A DNA stretch of 64,000 nucleotides. Source: Macrostomum lignano. Taxonomy: Eukaryota. The stretch lies in NCBI GenBank assembly GCA_002269645.1, contig NIVC01001856.1, forward strand, positions 1 through 64,000, given 5' to 3'. The notes beneath the pieces were generated by a model. The model made no database searches. It saw only the letters and a program-made list of their open reading frames with translations, and was not told the origin of the DNA. Shown here piece by piece: positions 1-12,907 of the stretch. How positions within the stretch are numbered: the first letter of the stretch is position 1; every line of letters starts with the position of its first letter. Both the position numbers and the translations under genes were made by a program.

Positions 1-549
1 GGCGTTTACGGCACCCCGAGAATGTAACGCGATTATTAAAAGTACACAAAGTACGCGCAAACAAAATGATAACAGTGAGGCACGTTCGGACGGGCGGGCG
101 GACGAAAGAAAGCAATCAAAGAGTAAATATAATATAGAGTTAATTTATCGTTTAGCACTGAGCGAGCGGCGGACAACTAATTATTATAGTAGGGGTAAAT
201 ACAGCGCTGGGAGCTCTGTCTGTATGTCTGTCAAAATAGTGAAAAAATAGCGCTGTCCAAAAACTTCAATTCACTGAAATGTACCGTGCTGGCCTAGACA
301 TCAATTAACAATAGATAATAAAAGACAGGTGAGTGCGGTCACTAAAAAAATAACAAGCCTGACTGACGCAGGTACTCCGGTAGGGGAAGGGGGACTGGGC
401 GGCATCTCAAACAAGAGTGACGAGTAACCATTTTTTACACAACAGCGAAGGCACGACAAGTCGACAAATTAGTAGACAAGTCGAGATGCCTGCGTTGAAC
501 AAGTTTGTCTGCAGAGCGGCAGCAGAGGTAGAGAAGTGTGCATCAGCGG

Positions 550-3500
550 TCACTTGCTGCCGATCTTGCCCAGCTGCTGGCTGTCCGACTCTTCCTGGTC
601 GGAGTCGTCTAGGTCAATCGAACGGGTCGCCGCCGCTGCTACCACAGCGGCTGGCACCGCGGCGGCGCGGCGGCTACGCTTGAGACGGCTGGACCAGCTG
701 ATGAAGCTACGGAGGCTGCGCCGCCGACGACCTCCCCGCTATCCTGATCAACAACCTCGCTGAGGTTCAGGCGGCCGGCCTCGATGGCTTGGTAGGTGGC
801 CTCGGCCATCTTGCCGGCCGTCAGCAGGCCCTTGGCGTGCTGCTTGGACCGGAAGTGCTTTGCCAGGTGGCCCGGCACCCGGAAGTTGCGCGGGCACACC
901 AGGCAGGCGAACGGGCGCGGATTGTCGCTGATGTCGCCGATGCCGGGCGCGGCCGAGTCGGCGACCGAAGCGGTGGCCACCTCGGCTGCCAGAGCGCCAG
1001 TATCGCTGGCGAACTGGTGCGTCTTCAGGTGCAGCGACAGCTGGCTGGGCTGGTCGAAGGTGCACTTGCACACCGGGCACTGCGGCCGGCCGCCCGTGGA
1101 CGTCACGGCTGTGGCTGCCGCGGTGGCCGCTGCTACTGCGGCGGCTGCGGCGGTGGCGGCGGCGTCGCCGGCAACACTGCTGATACCGACGGCGGCCGAG
1201 GTGGCGGCCTGGCTGCTGCTGGCGTGCGCGGGCCGGTCATTCTGCAGGCTGGCCATCGGTCCGAGGCGGCATCTCCGGCGCTTCCTCGTTATCGTCCTCG
1301 TCGGCGTCTTCGACGGATTGACGCGATGACGAACCGGCGGTGGCGGATTCGTTGGCGGCGTCAGCAGCCGCGTTGGCACCGTCCCGAGCTGGCGAAGCTC
1401 TGCGACCGTCGGGTCCGCCCGCCCCGTTGGCTCCGTTGGCATCGTCGAAGCGGATCTTCCTCAGCTTGTCCGGGATGGCCGACGCAGTGGAGGCGGCCGC
1501 TTTGTCCGCCAGCTGCAGCTGCGTCTTGCCTGCGGATGATGGCGAATGCTGGCTAGTGAACTTCTTGGGTGGGATGAATCTACTTTTTACCTAGTTAATT
1601 TTCAATGGGAAATCGCAGCAAAAATTGAAACGTGCTGAGCTATTCTCAGTCCTGCGACATGACCCATGCTGGGGATCCGGGATCAAGGCCCTCGAGGTGT
1701 CAAGGGGGATCAACTGACCTCCCCCCCACAAACGGACCCGCCGCTTGCATCTGACTCTCCGCAGCCTGACCTGAGCTGAGGTTGAGCGGCCGATCCTGCA
1801 CCAGCAGCGACACGTTGACGTTGGGCGGCACCAGGCCGGAGGAGGTCGCTGAAGATTCGATGGAGGTGGCGGCAGAGGCGGCGGCATCGGTTGTAGCCGA
1901 AGACGTGGAGTCCAGCAGCTTCTTGACATCCTGGGAGGACTTGTTCAAATGCGACAGCAGAGCGGCGGCGTCGCTGCCGGGGTTGCCGGCGGTCGATTTC
2001 TCCTCTTGTCGGCGGCGCTCGGCAGCGGTGATCTGGTTGAGGTTGTGTTGCACCTTGTCCTTCAGCGACTTGTTGTACGTAGACACCATCTGCTTGGCGG
2101 ACGTCTCCACGCTGTCGTCCACTGCGACTTCGGCGGCAGCTGAGGCCGAGTCATCCTCGTCGCCGGAATCGTCCCCGTCTGGCACGCCCTCGTCATCGTT
2201 CAAGTCCTCCTCGTTCAGCTGGCCCTCCTTGATAAGCTTCTGCTGCGCTTTCAGGGCCGCCTGGTCCACCTGGCTGTTCTCCTCGATCTCGGTGGGCACG
2301 GAGTCCTTGCTCATGCCGAGGTTCAGGCAGCGAATCTGTCGGTGGGTTTTGGGGTTTTGCCGCTGAAATGAACTCAGGATCTAGTTCTAACACAAGGTTT
2401 GTCTGGAAGGGATCTGCATCCCATCCTAACATCTCTGATCCCATCCTGATCCGGGATCTGAATCCCATCCTAACAGAACATCTCTGATCCCCATCCTGAT
2501 CCGGGATCTGCATCTCATCCTAACATCTCTGATCCCCATCCTGATCCGGGATCTGCATTCTATCCCAACATCTCCGATCCCCATCCTGATCTGTGATCCA
2601 AAAATACCGGATGTTATTTTTGCGCACAATTAATTCTATCACCAAATAAAAGTACTAATCAAAGAACTGCTAAAGGCAGACAGGCAGCAAACAGTGCAAT
2701 TCTATGCACACAGCGTGGGCGTGACATCAGAATTTCAGATCCTTGATTTTAGGCCGGTCGGGCGATAAGCAAGATGGGCAACGTTTGCTAAATTAATTTT
2801 TTTATCCTGGTGCAGGTGAGAAAATGTCGATGAGCTTCATAACTTCTCTCAACTCAAGCCTGGCCGCATCCGTGATTTACCTCCATCTAGTCTGCTAGTC
2901 ATCGAATCGAGTTCATGCAGCGCAAACTTTGTATTTTAGCCAGATTGGAATCGCTGCTCTTTCGGCACGTCTGCCAGCTTCTTTTATTAATAATTCAGGT
3001 AGACAGGCGCACTTTATTTCGAAGGCTGTTGGAGAAATCCGTGATATTCACTAATTAAAAGGCATCTCGTGCGGAGACGGACTTAAAGGAAAATAAAGGG
3101 CACTGTGATCTTTTTGTGCAACTTGTAACTTCCTATCATAAGACCAAAAAGGCGGCAAATTTCTTTGGGATTTCAGCGTTCAATCAAATCGAGCCTCTCT
3201 GGGGTACCAAAATCCTATTGACTAATGGGAAACAATAGGATACAATAAAAAAAGAAGCTTAGCGCGCACCATATGCTGCTTGGACTTCATATGCTTGGTC
3301 AGATTCCCTTTGGTTTTAAAGGAGAACTTGCAGTGCCGGCACAGGAACGGGCGAATCTCGGCGTGCGTCCTGATGTGCTTTCTCAGCATGCTGGGCTTCG
3401 TGCAGCGGATGCCGCACATCTCGCACTTGTACTTGCCCCGGCCGCGGCCTCTCACGTACACCTCGCCTTCGTTCGGCGACAGCAGGCCGCCTTTGAAGAT

Positions 3501-5913
3501 TCGAACCTCGGCGTGCGGCTTCGAGGCTGTGGTTGAAGTGGTACTGACAACAGCGCCGGCTGACGCGGAACTGGACGTCGGCAAGGTGGCGATGAGGCTG
3601 TGGGCGGCCGACTGCGGCTGCTGCACCTGGCTCGACATGTTAACCAGGCCGACAACGCTGACGCCGCTACTTGGTACAACAGCCGGCGAGGACAGGCTGG
3701 CGGTAGTGCAGCAGTAGGTTTCATCGGTGGTGAAGCGCAACCTGGCTTGCTGCTCCTGCTGCTGCTGCTGCTGCTCGCCAAAGTCTGTACGCTGCTTCTT
3801 CACCGTACCGTTGCCGATGCCATTCTCCTCCTCGGCCTGTTTGTCCGAGCTGAGCGACCGTTTGAGTATGTGACTCTTGAGAATAGCTTTCACGCCTCCG
3901 CTAGGCGGCCTGTCGCAGTCCAGGCTGAGCGCCTGCCTGAACTGACCGTGCGGCGGCGGTGACTCCAAATCAACTGAGCTGCTCTTGCCCAGCAGTTCCA
4001 GCTTTGGCGGCTTCCGCTTCTGCTGGCTGCCGGCACCGCCGCCGCCGCCCGATGCACCGCCTAAATCGAGGGACTTGGACAGAAGCAGCGGCTTGCCAAC
4101 AGTCGACCGCGGCGCTATGAAGGTCGGCTCGCCTGTTAGAGAGAGAAATCAAGGCGATCTGAAAACTTTCGATTTTAACGTCTTAATCACTAATATTGCT
4201 CTTACCAGCGGGCGCGGCCGGCTGGCTGGCTATAGTCTGCACCAGCTGCTGCTGCCCCAACTCGTCGGCAGCGTCAGGCTTTGAATGCGCAAACTCTTCG
4301 AGTCTAACGGCACTGACTGCATAGGCAGCTTCTGCTCAGCTGATTGCTGCATTATTTGAATAGTGCGCTGCTGTTGCTGCTGCTGAGTTTGCTGTTGCAG
4401 CTGTTGTTGCAGTTGCTGCTGCAGCTGCTCGCTCAACACCTGGCTCTGGTTAGCCTGCACCTGCTCGCTCGGCATCAACAGCTGAAGGCCCGCGCCGCTA
4501 CCGTTGAAGCGGCCGCCTGCTGCCGGCTGGCCATCTCCAGTATGGTCTGCGCCGCCTGCATCTCCTGGCTGCTGCGCGCGCTGCCACTGCCGCCGCCACC
4601 GCTGCCGACTTCGGCCCCGAGAGGTGCCGCTGAATTGAGGAAATTATGGAAAAGCCGAATCATTAATTGAGAACTGATCTCTACTGACCCTTCAGTCAGT
4701 CAGTGGGAACTGATCCCTACTGATCCTTCAGTCAGTCAGTGGGAACTGATCCCTACTGATCCTTCAGTCAGTCAGTGGGAGCTGATCCCTACTGATCCTT
4801 CAGGGAACTGTTTTTTTAAACATCAAAAATCGAAAATCTGAGGACTCAACTCACAATCAGCTGGCTGCACCGGAAGACCCATGCCAACTATTCCGGCCTG
4901 CTGCTGCTGCTGCTGCTGTTGAATACTCACTGGCAGAGCCGAGGACAAGGTGAGTCCCTGCGCCTGCAGCTGACCCGAACCGGACACCTGCAGCTGCTGT
5001 AGAATTGAGCTGTCAATCTTTACTGGCACCTGGACTGGATTGCCGCCGGCCTGGTTTAAGGTCAGCACACCGACTGTCATTGACTGCTGCTGCTGTTGCG
5101 GCTGCTGTTGTTGCTGCTGCTGCTGTTGCTGGGGCTGCTGAAAGCCAAGCGACGAGAGAACCAGATTCGATTGTTGTTGTTGTTGTTGTTGTTGCTGTTG
5201 CTGCTGCTGCTGTTGTTGATGTTGCTGGCGTCCCATAAGGTTAAGCGTAGAACTAATACTCTGAGACATAGCCGCAGAAAATGGTTCCTGCTTGAATCCT
5301 GCCAATCCTTGAAGCAGCTGCAGGTTGATGTCGTGGTTTTGAAGCTGCAAGCTGTCGAACATGCTGGCCGATGTTACAGGCTTAGCTGCGCTGGTAAGGC
5401 TAATAGAGCTGGACTGCTGCTGGAAGCCAGAGAAGCTGCTCAAGGACTTCCTGCCTGCATCGACGTCGAACTGAGGCACGGCAGAGCCGGCAGCAGAGCC
5501 GACAGGCAAGCTGAAGCTTGGGTTCAAGGTCAGATTAATGCTGGGCGGAGGCTCCGACTCTAGTTTTACACCAGTCTGAGAACTAGAAATCCCGTCGGCG
5601 CCGCCTCCCTGATCGCTGCCCGAGGTGCCGCATGCGTTTGTGAGCAGTTTCAGAATCTCAGCTAGCTGATTCAGCTGCTCTCTAGAGAGATTCAAGCCTG
5701 TTGTTTGCTGCTGCTGCTGTTGTTGTTGTTGCTGTTGTTGTTGTTGTTGCTGCTGTTGCTGCTGTTGTTGCTCAAGTTGTTGCTGCTGTTGCTGCTGAGC
5801 CTGCAACTGTAACTGCTGTTGATAGAGCTGATGATTGCGCAAATTAAATTGGAAACCGGCTGTGGACACCTCGGAGGCTAACGAGCCGGATGTGAGCCCA
5901 GCGCCATCGAGGA

Positions 5914-5944
<31 letters not shown>

Positions 5945-6865
5945 AAGATCGAAGCTGTGCTGCCGGGTGACGCCGCTCTCAAAGGACGCCATCCGAGACC
6001 CAGCCGATTCAAAGCCGGACTCAAAGGACGCCTGCTGATTCGCCCGGCCCAATCTGGCTAGCTCGCTGGCGGCCTGCTGGCGCTCAGCCTCGGCCATCAT
6101 CTCCTCTTCCTCTTCGTCTTCCTCTCTCATGCTGGTGACGTCAATATTGTGCCCCGACTCGTCCATGGTCTGGTCGTCGCTGTCTTCCCCATCCTCCAGG
6201 CTGGAGTTGAATTGACCAGGCGCCAGCTCGGCGCCTATTGTACCGTCGGGATTGCGAGTGCGGTGCATCTTGGACTTCAGGTGCTTGTACAGGTTGCTCT
6301 TGGTCTTAAAGGACAGGTTGCACGTCTCGCACGGATAGGGTCGTTCATTCGTATGTGTCCTAATATGCTTCTCTAGTACGCTCGGCTTGGAGCATTTCAC
6401 GCCGCACATTTTGCATTTGTACTTGCCGTCCTTGTATGGATATTTCCTCGGCCGACCTTTGGTCGACGGCGGACTGTAGGGATAACCGGCCGGCTTGCCA
6501 ACGCCCCGTTCATCTTCGGCAGTTTCAGCGAGAGAGCCTTGAGCTGCGTCAGCGTCTGCATCTGCAGAACCGATTGCTCGCAGAGCCGCGGGATTGGGCT
6601 GCGCAAGAGCTTTGCTAGAATCTTTGCTGGCTACTGTTAGTAGTGCATCCACGATTTGAGTATTATAATTTCCGCTGGGGTCCACAGGAACGTCAGTTCT
6701 ATTTAAAGAACTAGCGCTAGCAGCATCGGAGCTACGCCCGTACCTTGAATCTTGAATTAGAGATGGCCGCGAGGACGAACACCGGAGTACTTGCTCGCTT
6801 CCATCTTCATTTATTTCTATTCTCACTGTCTTCTTTAGAGGCCTTGGTGCAGTAGTCGAAGACAT
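550..6865 (-). CDS. shn: Schnurri / HIVEP-family C2H2 zinc-finger transcription factor (multi-exon, with apparent frameshifts)
   Basis: Inferred exons 6865-4855, 4629-4206, 4132-3270, 2362-~1771 and ~1590-550; the last junction is uncertain. ZnF pair 1: [49 protein letters not shown]. ZnF pair 2: [32 protein letters not shown]...[18 protein letters not shown], the HIVEP/Schnurri signature. C-terminal fingers CPVC..HLKTH and [27 protein letters not shown]. Long poly-Q tracts. Reading frame is broken near 4495, 4310, 1245 and 668. Confidence 0.9.
2405..2595. repeat. Intronic tandem repeat (~40 bp unit, CCATCCTGATCCGGGATCTG core)
   Basis: About 4 imperfect copies in a Schnurri intron. Confidence 0.8.
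4675..4805. repeat. Intronic tandem repeat (~35 bp, CTACTGATCCTTCAGTCAGTCAGTGGGAACTGATCC)
   Basis: About 3.5 copies in the Schnurri intron 4854-4630. Confidence 0.85.
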
Positions 6866-7275
6866 TGTTAACTTCGATACAGGTAGCGCCGATAAACTTT
6901 GAAAGGTCTAGTTGAGCATACGGCAGGAAAAACCCTGTCAAACGTAGCAAAGAGAATCACCGCATGCATGACATGACACTGACAGAAAATTGAAAAAACT
7001 AATTTACACTCCATGAGGCTTGATTACCTAGGCTAAACCTTGAATTGAATGGGAAGATCAAAATATATCTTTTCTCAGAATCTCAAAATCATAGAAAAAT
7101 ATGGATTATAAGCTAGCTAGTTTAGTTTTTCCACTAATTGAAGATAGGTTGGTTAGGATATTGGCTATATAATAATTTAGCTGATCGGCAGGATATGAGC
7201 TTGAAAAGAAAAGTAGAAAATCTTTGTAATTGTTGACATTGAGATTTGCAATGTTATTCGTTTAGTTTACTTACC

Positions 7276-7348
7276 TTTTTGACGATGTAGATCTTGCTGT
7301 TCTGGCTCTGGTCGTCGTATTTTTGGGTGATAAGGTGCACAAATCTAC
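7276..7348 (-). other. Candidate non-coding 5' exon of the Schnurri gene
   Basis: On the minus strand, an acceptor atttcatag, about 73 nt, then donor AAAAG|GTAAGT. A further acceptor tttgacag lies near 6935, upstream of the ATG at 6865. In-frame stops argue for UTR. Confidence 0.35.
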
Positions 7349-9088
7349 CTATGAAATATCCAAGAGAGAAGTGAGAACAGGCGAACACAACTGGCGGGGT
7401 GGCTGACTGCTGAGCGACTTAGACAATTTAAGCGCCCAGCGAACTACTATTGTGCGGAGAACCCTTTTTTACCCAGTCAGCAGTCAGAGAGATTCGCGGG
7501 GCGGCTAGTTCAGTTTGGCCTGTACACTGGGGGTAGAGAGGAGAGGACAGTGGAAAACCCTGTATTTAGCTCTCAGGGCCTGCCAGACTGCGTTACTAAG
7601 CAACGGGCGCTAGATAGCCCCCTAGCCTGCCTTCCCTCCCCCCAGTCTACCCCAAGAGTATTGATTTATGCGACAAAAGGAAATTAAAAGCCTGTAGAGG
7701 GCAGGGCGGCGGGGGCTGCCCCAATGTGGACTCCCGGGGAAGGATTCACCCCCCGCGCCAGAGAAAACCTCTGGCCCTGCCTTCCACCCCTCTAAGTCGA
7801 TAAGATACGTACATTAAACCCCATGCGCTTGTTCTCTCCTCTTTCCCGCTGGAACGCTAGTTTACAGACATATCACACTGTACATTAAGTTCTGCAGATT
7901 TGATGTGCAATCGTGAAGGGCCAGCCAAGGGTGTTTTCTCTTGCAAGTCCGAGTGAAGTTCTGTTTTGCCCACTGGACCGATAGGGCCAAAGGAAAGCCC
8001 GAGAACCTCCGTTGTCGTGGTTAATATTTTTGTATTGAAACGAAAGTACCACACCCCAACTCCGTTCGGGCATGCGCAAAGCCAAACTACCAAACAATCC
8101 TAGCTAGAATCTAGAAATTAAATGCAATGCAGTTTAGCCTTTAGGTAAAGCCATGAAAGGCAACATATGCGAGACGCCTTCTTTGCAATATCTAATTCTG
8201 TACAGCGAAAGACGAAAGTGTATTATGGCCAATTAGCTGCCTGCCTGTCTGCCTTCGTTATTTAAATTCAGGGAGTTGTTGTTTCACCGGTAACCAGCAC
8301 AGGCAAGGGAATTAATTTGTGGGCGTGAAGACTAGAGAACTGCTGAACGTACAGTTTATTGACTACAATTTACAGTTGCGACTTGCTATCCAGGCTTATG
8401 GGTCGAATTTATTTCAACTCGACACTATTTCCTATGTTACATGCAACGTACGCAAAATATCTCCACTGTACAACTGAACTTAACTCCTTCCATAGCAACT
8501 TCGTACAAGGAGGTTGCACTGTGCAGTGTGCACATGTACAGCAGCCTATTCTAAAAAGAGAATCAACCGTTGTCTTAGTCTGTATCCTTGCATGAATAAC
8601 GAATAAAAATAGCTGGTTTCGTAGATTGCTATCTAGATTTCAGTTTTCATGCTAAAATTATACGAAGTGTTTTGTTTCAGTTCAAAAGCGACAAAAAGCG
8701 CAAGAAACTTACGCAACCCAAATGTAGCTAGCCGTTATTTAGCCTGGTTTGTTTTACTTGCACAACCCATCCTCCGATCAAATATTGAGGGCTGTTAAAG
8801 AGCCTTCTTATGAAAGTTGGTATAAATAGTTGATTTTCATTAAGCTAACTTCCCGAGAATATCCATATCTTTTGTAGGATGTTGCCAAAACGCTTCTTAA
8901 AACTCTCTGGCTGCGGCAATTCGTGTTAATGATGTGAGCTGGATTTTTGCCACAGACTATCAATGTTTGAATTGTCTTGAATTAGCAAGCTTTCAGATGT
9001 GAGAACTGCACTAAATATAGCTTGTTGCAGCCCAATTGGACCTACGCACATTGAATTTTATCCAAGATACGTTTGCCAATGTAATGGA

Positions 9089-9720
9089 CTTTTGTCTATG
9101 GTAGCAAGGCTGGCACAGCGGCATTTAATTTGGTCCAACAAGCATCAATTTGGTCGTGAGCCACTCGAAAAACTCTTGCCTTCTCGCAACTGTCTGGAGG
9201 TTGTTGTATACCGCTGGAATGTCAGCGGTTCTAGCTCGTACCAACCATTTTCAGTCGCTTTTCCAGAGCTCTGCTGATAGTCAAAATTTATAACTAACTG
9301 GAACTGTTCCTTCAAATTCTGCTGCATTTTCTGCAACGTCAACAAAGGGTTTGTCTCAACTGCATCGAGTTACGAGTAGCAGTTCATGGATCTGAGGCTC
9401 TCAAGCAACTTGCCTTGGCGATTGTCACCTTTTCGCAGGCATTCTCTTCCGGCAGAGTTTAAACTCGCTGATGGATGCTGTAAACCATATTTTTTATATT
9501 CAGCAACCTTGCAACCTTGCAATGTCCTTTGGGTGTTCACCTCTGTCGAGTGCTTCGATCACAAGCCAATGACATTCGTTCAACAGCCTAGCATATGGTC
9601 CACGATTCTGGGACTGATCCTGCGCCTCCTCAGCAGTTGCAAATGAAGCTATGGACCAAATTGATGCTTGTTGGACCAAATTAAATGCCGCTGTGCCAGC
9701 CTTGCTACCATAGACAAAAG
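9089..9720. mobile_element. Inverted-repeat element enclosing a degraded Tc1/IS630-like transposase N-terminus
   Basis: Perfect 67-bp inverted repeat, 9089-9155 vs 9654-9720, extending imperfectly outward. The minus-strand interior reads, across frameshifts, RGPYARLLNECHWLVIEALDRGEHPKDIARL...NPLLTLQKMQQNLKEQFQLVI...PAVYNNLQTVARRQEFFEWL, resembling the HTH region of Tc1/IS630 transposases. Confidence 0.6.
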
Positions 9721-9835
9721 CTCCATTTCATTAGCAAACGTATCTTGAATTAAATTTAATGCGCGTTATGGGTAGGCTGCCTGGGTTGAAACGCGATTGA
9801 AACGCTCTACATTTGTCCGCCGTCACTGTCTATGG
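9708..9835. mobile_element. 128-bp MITE-like element with CCATAGACA termini
   Basis: CCATAGACA at 9708 and TGTCTATGG at 9827-9835. Related ACCATAGACAGT ends occur at about 10351 and 10411. Confidence 0.45.
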
Positions 9836-11349
9836 TCAAAGCAAATCTGCTCACGACTGATTTAAGCATGGGTAAAATTGGATAAATTTTCGTCTCAGTA
9901 TATTTCACTGCGAGAGCAAACACAACATGAATGAAATACGAAATAAACGTAAGAATTCAGTAAATAACGTTTGGGAACACAGAATGATATGTGGTTGGAT
10001 AGTTCATCAATAGTTACCTCAAATACGTGGTCGTAGTTAGAAACTGCAATCCACGACACATCTGTCTAGCGTGGTGTAATGTTGAATGTGCTTGGATTGG
10101 ACAATTCTGCGTCAATCAACTGCTGCTGTCTTACGCTCAGACCAGTCCACTGACTAACTTCTTCACCAGGATCACGATGTCCAAGTTGCTGCAGAAACGC
10201 AATCTCATTCATTTCTAAACCGCTAATATCTTCCTCTAGTATTGATTCCCAGTGAAACATGGCTAATTCCGAACCTTTAAAGCTGTTTAAATCTTATTTT
10301 TCTCTCCCACCCACCAGGAGAAGAATTCTTCAAACTCTATTTGGGTTTCAACCATAGACAGTCTCCGCGGACTGCGAAACCGCCACTAAGCATATAGCTA
10401 AAGCTTTTTCAACCATAGACAGTTTCTGTGGACGTGAAACCGCGTTGTGCGTCCGCGCTTCAGCCTACCCATAACACTAATATGGACTGGCTGTTGAGGA
10501 CTGAAATGAAGCTATATTATATTATACGAGTATAATGCTAATGAGGAAACTGTGTAACGAAGACTTACGGTAATACTTATTGAAAGGGTTATCAATTCCA
10601 AAAGGAGGTACAATAATGCAACTATACATGTCGTCCTCCCCGATGGGGGAAAGTTCAGTAGGTTTACTGCATCTGCGAATGAAACCGACAAATTGAACAA
10701 GCCCAGATTATTCCTTTTTAAGCAATGCCAGTCTCCTGTACTGCTTAACCCCTGTTACTGTTAATAGCATGCAATCTATTTATTTCTTTCTAACCTCACC
10801 AAATTAAATTCTTCAAACTGTTTATAGCACTGAGCTACACGTGAACATGCGCTTTTTTTAAATTAGATAGCTGGCTACATATGCATGTTGCTAAAATAAT
10901 GTCCATTCGGCCAGTACGCGAGAGCGTACATGTACATCCACAGTTTTCATGTAGCCGATAACATTAGCAAGTGTGGCAAGCTATTAATTACCGCTGTTAG
11001 CGAATGCGAAACTAAGTGTGCTGTGTACAGTAAATGGCGTGTTATCTTGTAAGCTGTTGCTGTACTACAGTAAACGGTACCATGCATGCGACCATGTACA
11101 CGAAACTCATTTGCAGTTAACTATCTGATTGCTGTTCTTGAAAATGCAGTGCGGCTTATGGAACTGCAAACCAGTTACAGCAGAGCATATTATAACAGTT
11201 TATTTATAGACATTTGTTTCAACTGTCAAGACTAGCAAATAAATGCTGTGCTAAATCTTTTTCCTGAAACAATCACGACAACGAGCGCTTTGCTTTGCAC
11301 GGAATGCATCGATATAGATGCACCTATATGAGCACACTCATTGGACTAA

Positions 11350-11980
11350 TGGGGACTGGGCACACTCGCTAGACTGATGGGGACTTGAGCACAATCACAG
11401 GACTGGTAGGGACTGAGCACACTCGCAGGACTGGTGGGGACTGAGCACACTCTCAGGACTGGTAGGGACTGAGCACACTCGCAGGACTGGTGGGGACTGA
11501 GCACACTCTCAGGACTGGTAGGGACTGAGCACACTCGCAGGACTGGTAGGGACTGAGCACACTCTCAGGACTGGCAGGGACTGAGCACACTCGCAGGACT
11601 GGTAGGGACTGAGCACACTCGCAGGACTGGCAGGGACTGAGCACACTCGCAGGACTGGTGGGGACTGAGCACACTCTCAGGACTGGCAGGGACTGAGCAC
11701 ACTCGCAGGACTGGTGGGGACTGAGCACACTCTCAGGACTGGTAGGGACTGAGCACACTCGCTAGACTGATGGGGACTTGACTCACTTGAGCACACTCAC
11801 AGGACTGGTAGGGACTGAGCACACTCGTAGACTGATGGGGACTTGACTCACTTGAGCACACTCTCAGGACTGGTAGGGACTGAGCACACTCTCAGGACTG
11901 GTAGGGACTGAGCACACTCGCTAGACTGATGGGGACTTGACTCACTTGAGCACACTCACAGGACTGGTAGAGACTGAGCA
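11350..11980. repeat. 28-bp minisatellite (GGACTGGTAGGGACTGAGCACACTCGCA)
   Basis: Visible tandem array; the 28-aa periodicity of the overlapping ORFs equals 3x28 nt. Confidence 0.95.
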
Positions 11981-12907
11981 CCAGAACGCTGGATCTGCAA
12001 TAATTGATGCAAAGCTCAAATCTCATGTTGCAATTGTACAAGCGCTTCTGCTATGTCCTAAGAACAGCAGAAGATAATTTTATCGCGCAAATAAAACATT
12101 GAAGAAGCTTCTAAAGTGTGTCACGCCTATTCAACATTAAGCCTGGGTGCAAATACGAGTATCATCAGGTATTCGTAAGGATTTTCTATAAGCAAAACGA
12201 ATGGCGCGATTGATTTTTCATCTCGTACTTATCACCTGCAGAGGCGGGGCCGATTTGAAAATCTATTTTTACACTGCGCACTCAGGTTAATGGGTCTGTA
12301 GAGTAAGATAGGGCGAAAAAATTTAGCGACTCAAATGAATGAAAAAAGGATGCACAGCACAGCATCAGAAAAATTGACACTGGCTAATCTGATTTTGCTT
12401 CGCTCTGTAAGAGCAAGAGTAAGAACACGTGCAAGAGCACTTTTGTGAGGGTTTTGCGTCACCGCTCTACCGGTAGATATACGGCGTATTTCAGTCGGAT
12501 GGAACAAAGGCAATTTTTAGCGTCAGCGGAAGAGCTCAATGATAGTGATAGCCGTTGGGAAAATTTAAGCAGCGAGGAGGTAGCACAATGGAAGCTTTTG
12601 AGGCATGGAAATTTGTCTCAACCTCCTTCATAACCGAATGGAACGGGAAGAAATGCTTTCGCTATAGCAATAATTACAGGGGACAGAAAGGTACGATTAA
12701 CAATGGCATATACGGCTTAAAATCTGGGATTTTAACTGCAGCCCGCGATGAATAAGTGCGTCAGATCGGGCTGCCTGACGTCACGGAATTCGTTACAGGT
12801 TACAGTTCCCCCTGTACTCCATTTAGCCGATTGCTAGCTAGGTTGGAAAGCTTGCCGCAGCCAGCGGTAATAGGTATTTTAACAGCTCAGGCAGAAGACA
12901 GAGAGAG

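Noticed and set aside
4300-4500. Programmed ribosomal frameshifting as the explanation for the Schnurri frame breaks
   Set aside because: No X XXY YYZ slippery heptamer at the shift sites, and four independent shifts would make full-length product negligible.
789-5563. Plus-strand ORFs overlapping Schnurri (poly-Leu, Ala/Gly-rich)
   Set aside because: Antisense shadows of GC-rich, CAG-rich coding exons.
7574-7779. hAT-like MITE (CAGGGCC...GGCCCTG)
   Set aside because: The TIR is only 7 bp and there is no matching 8-bp TSD.
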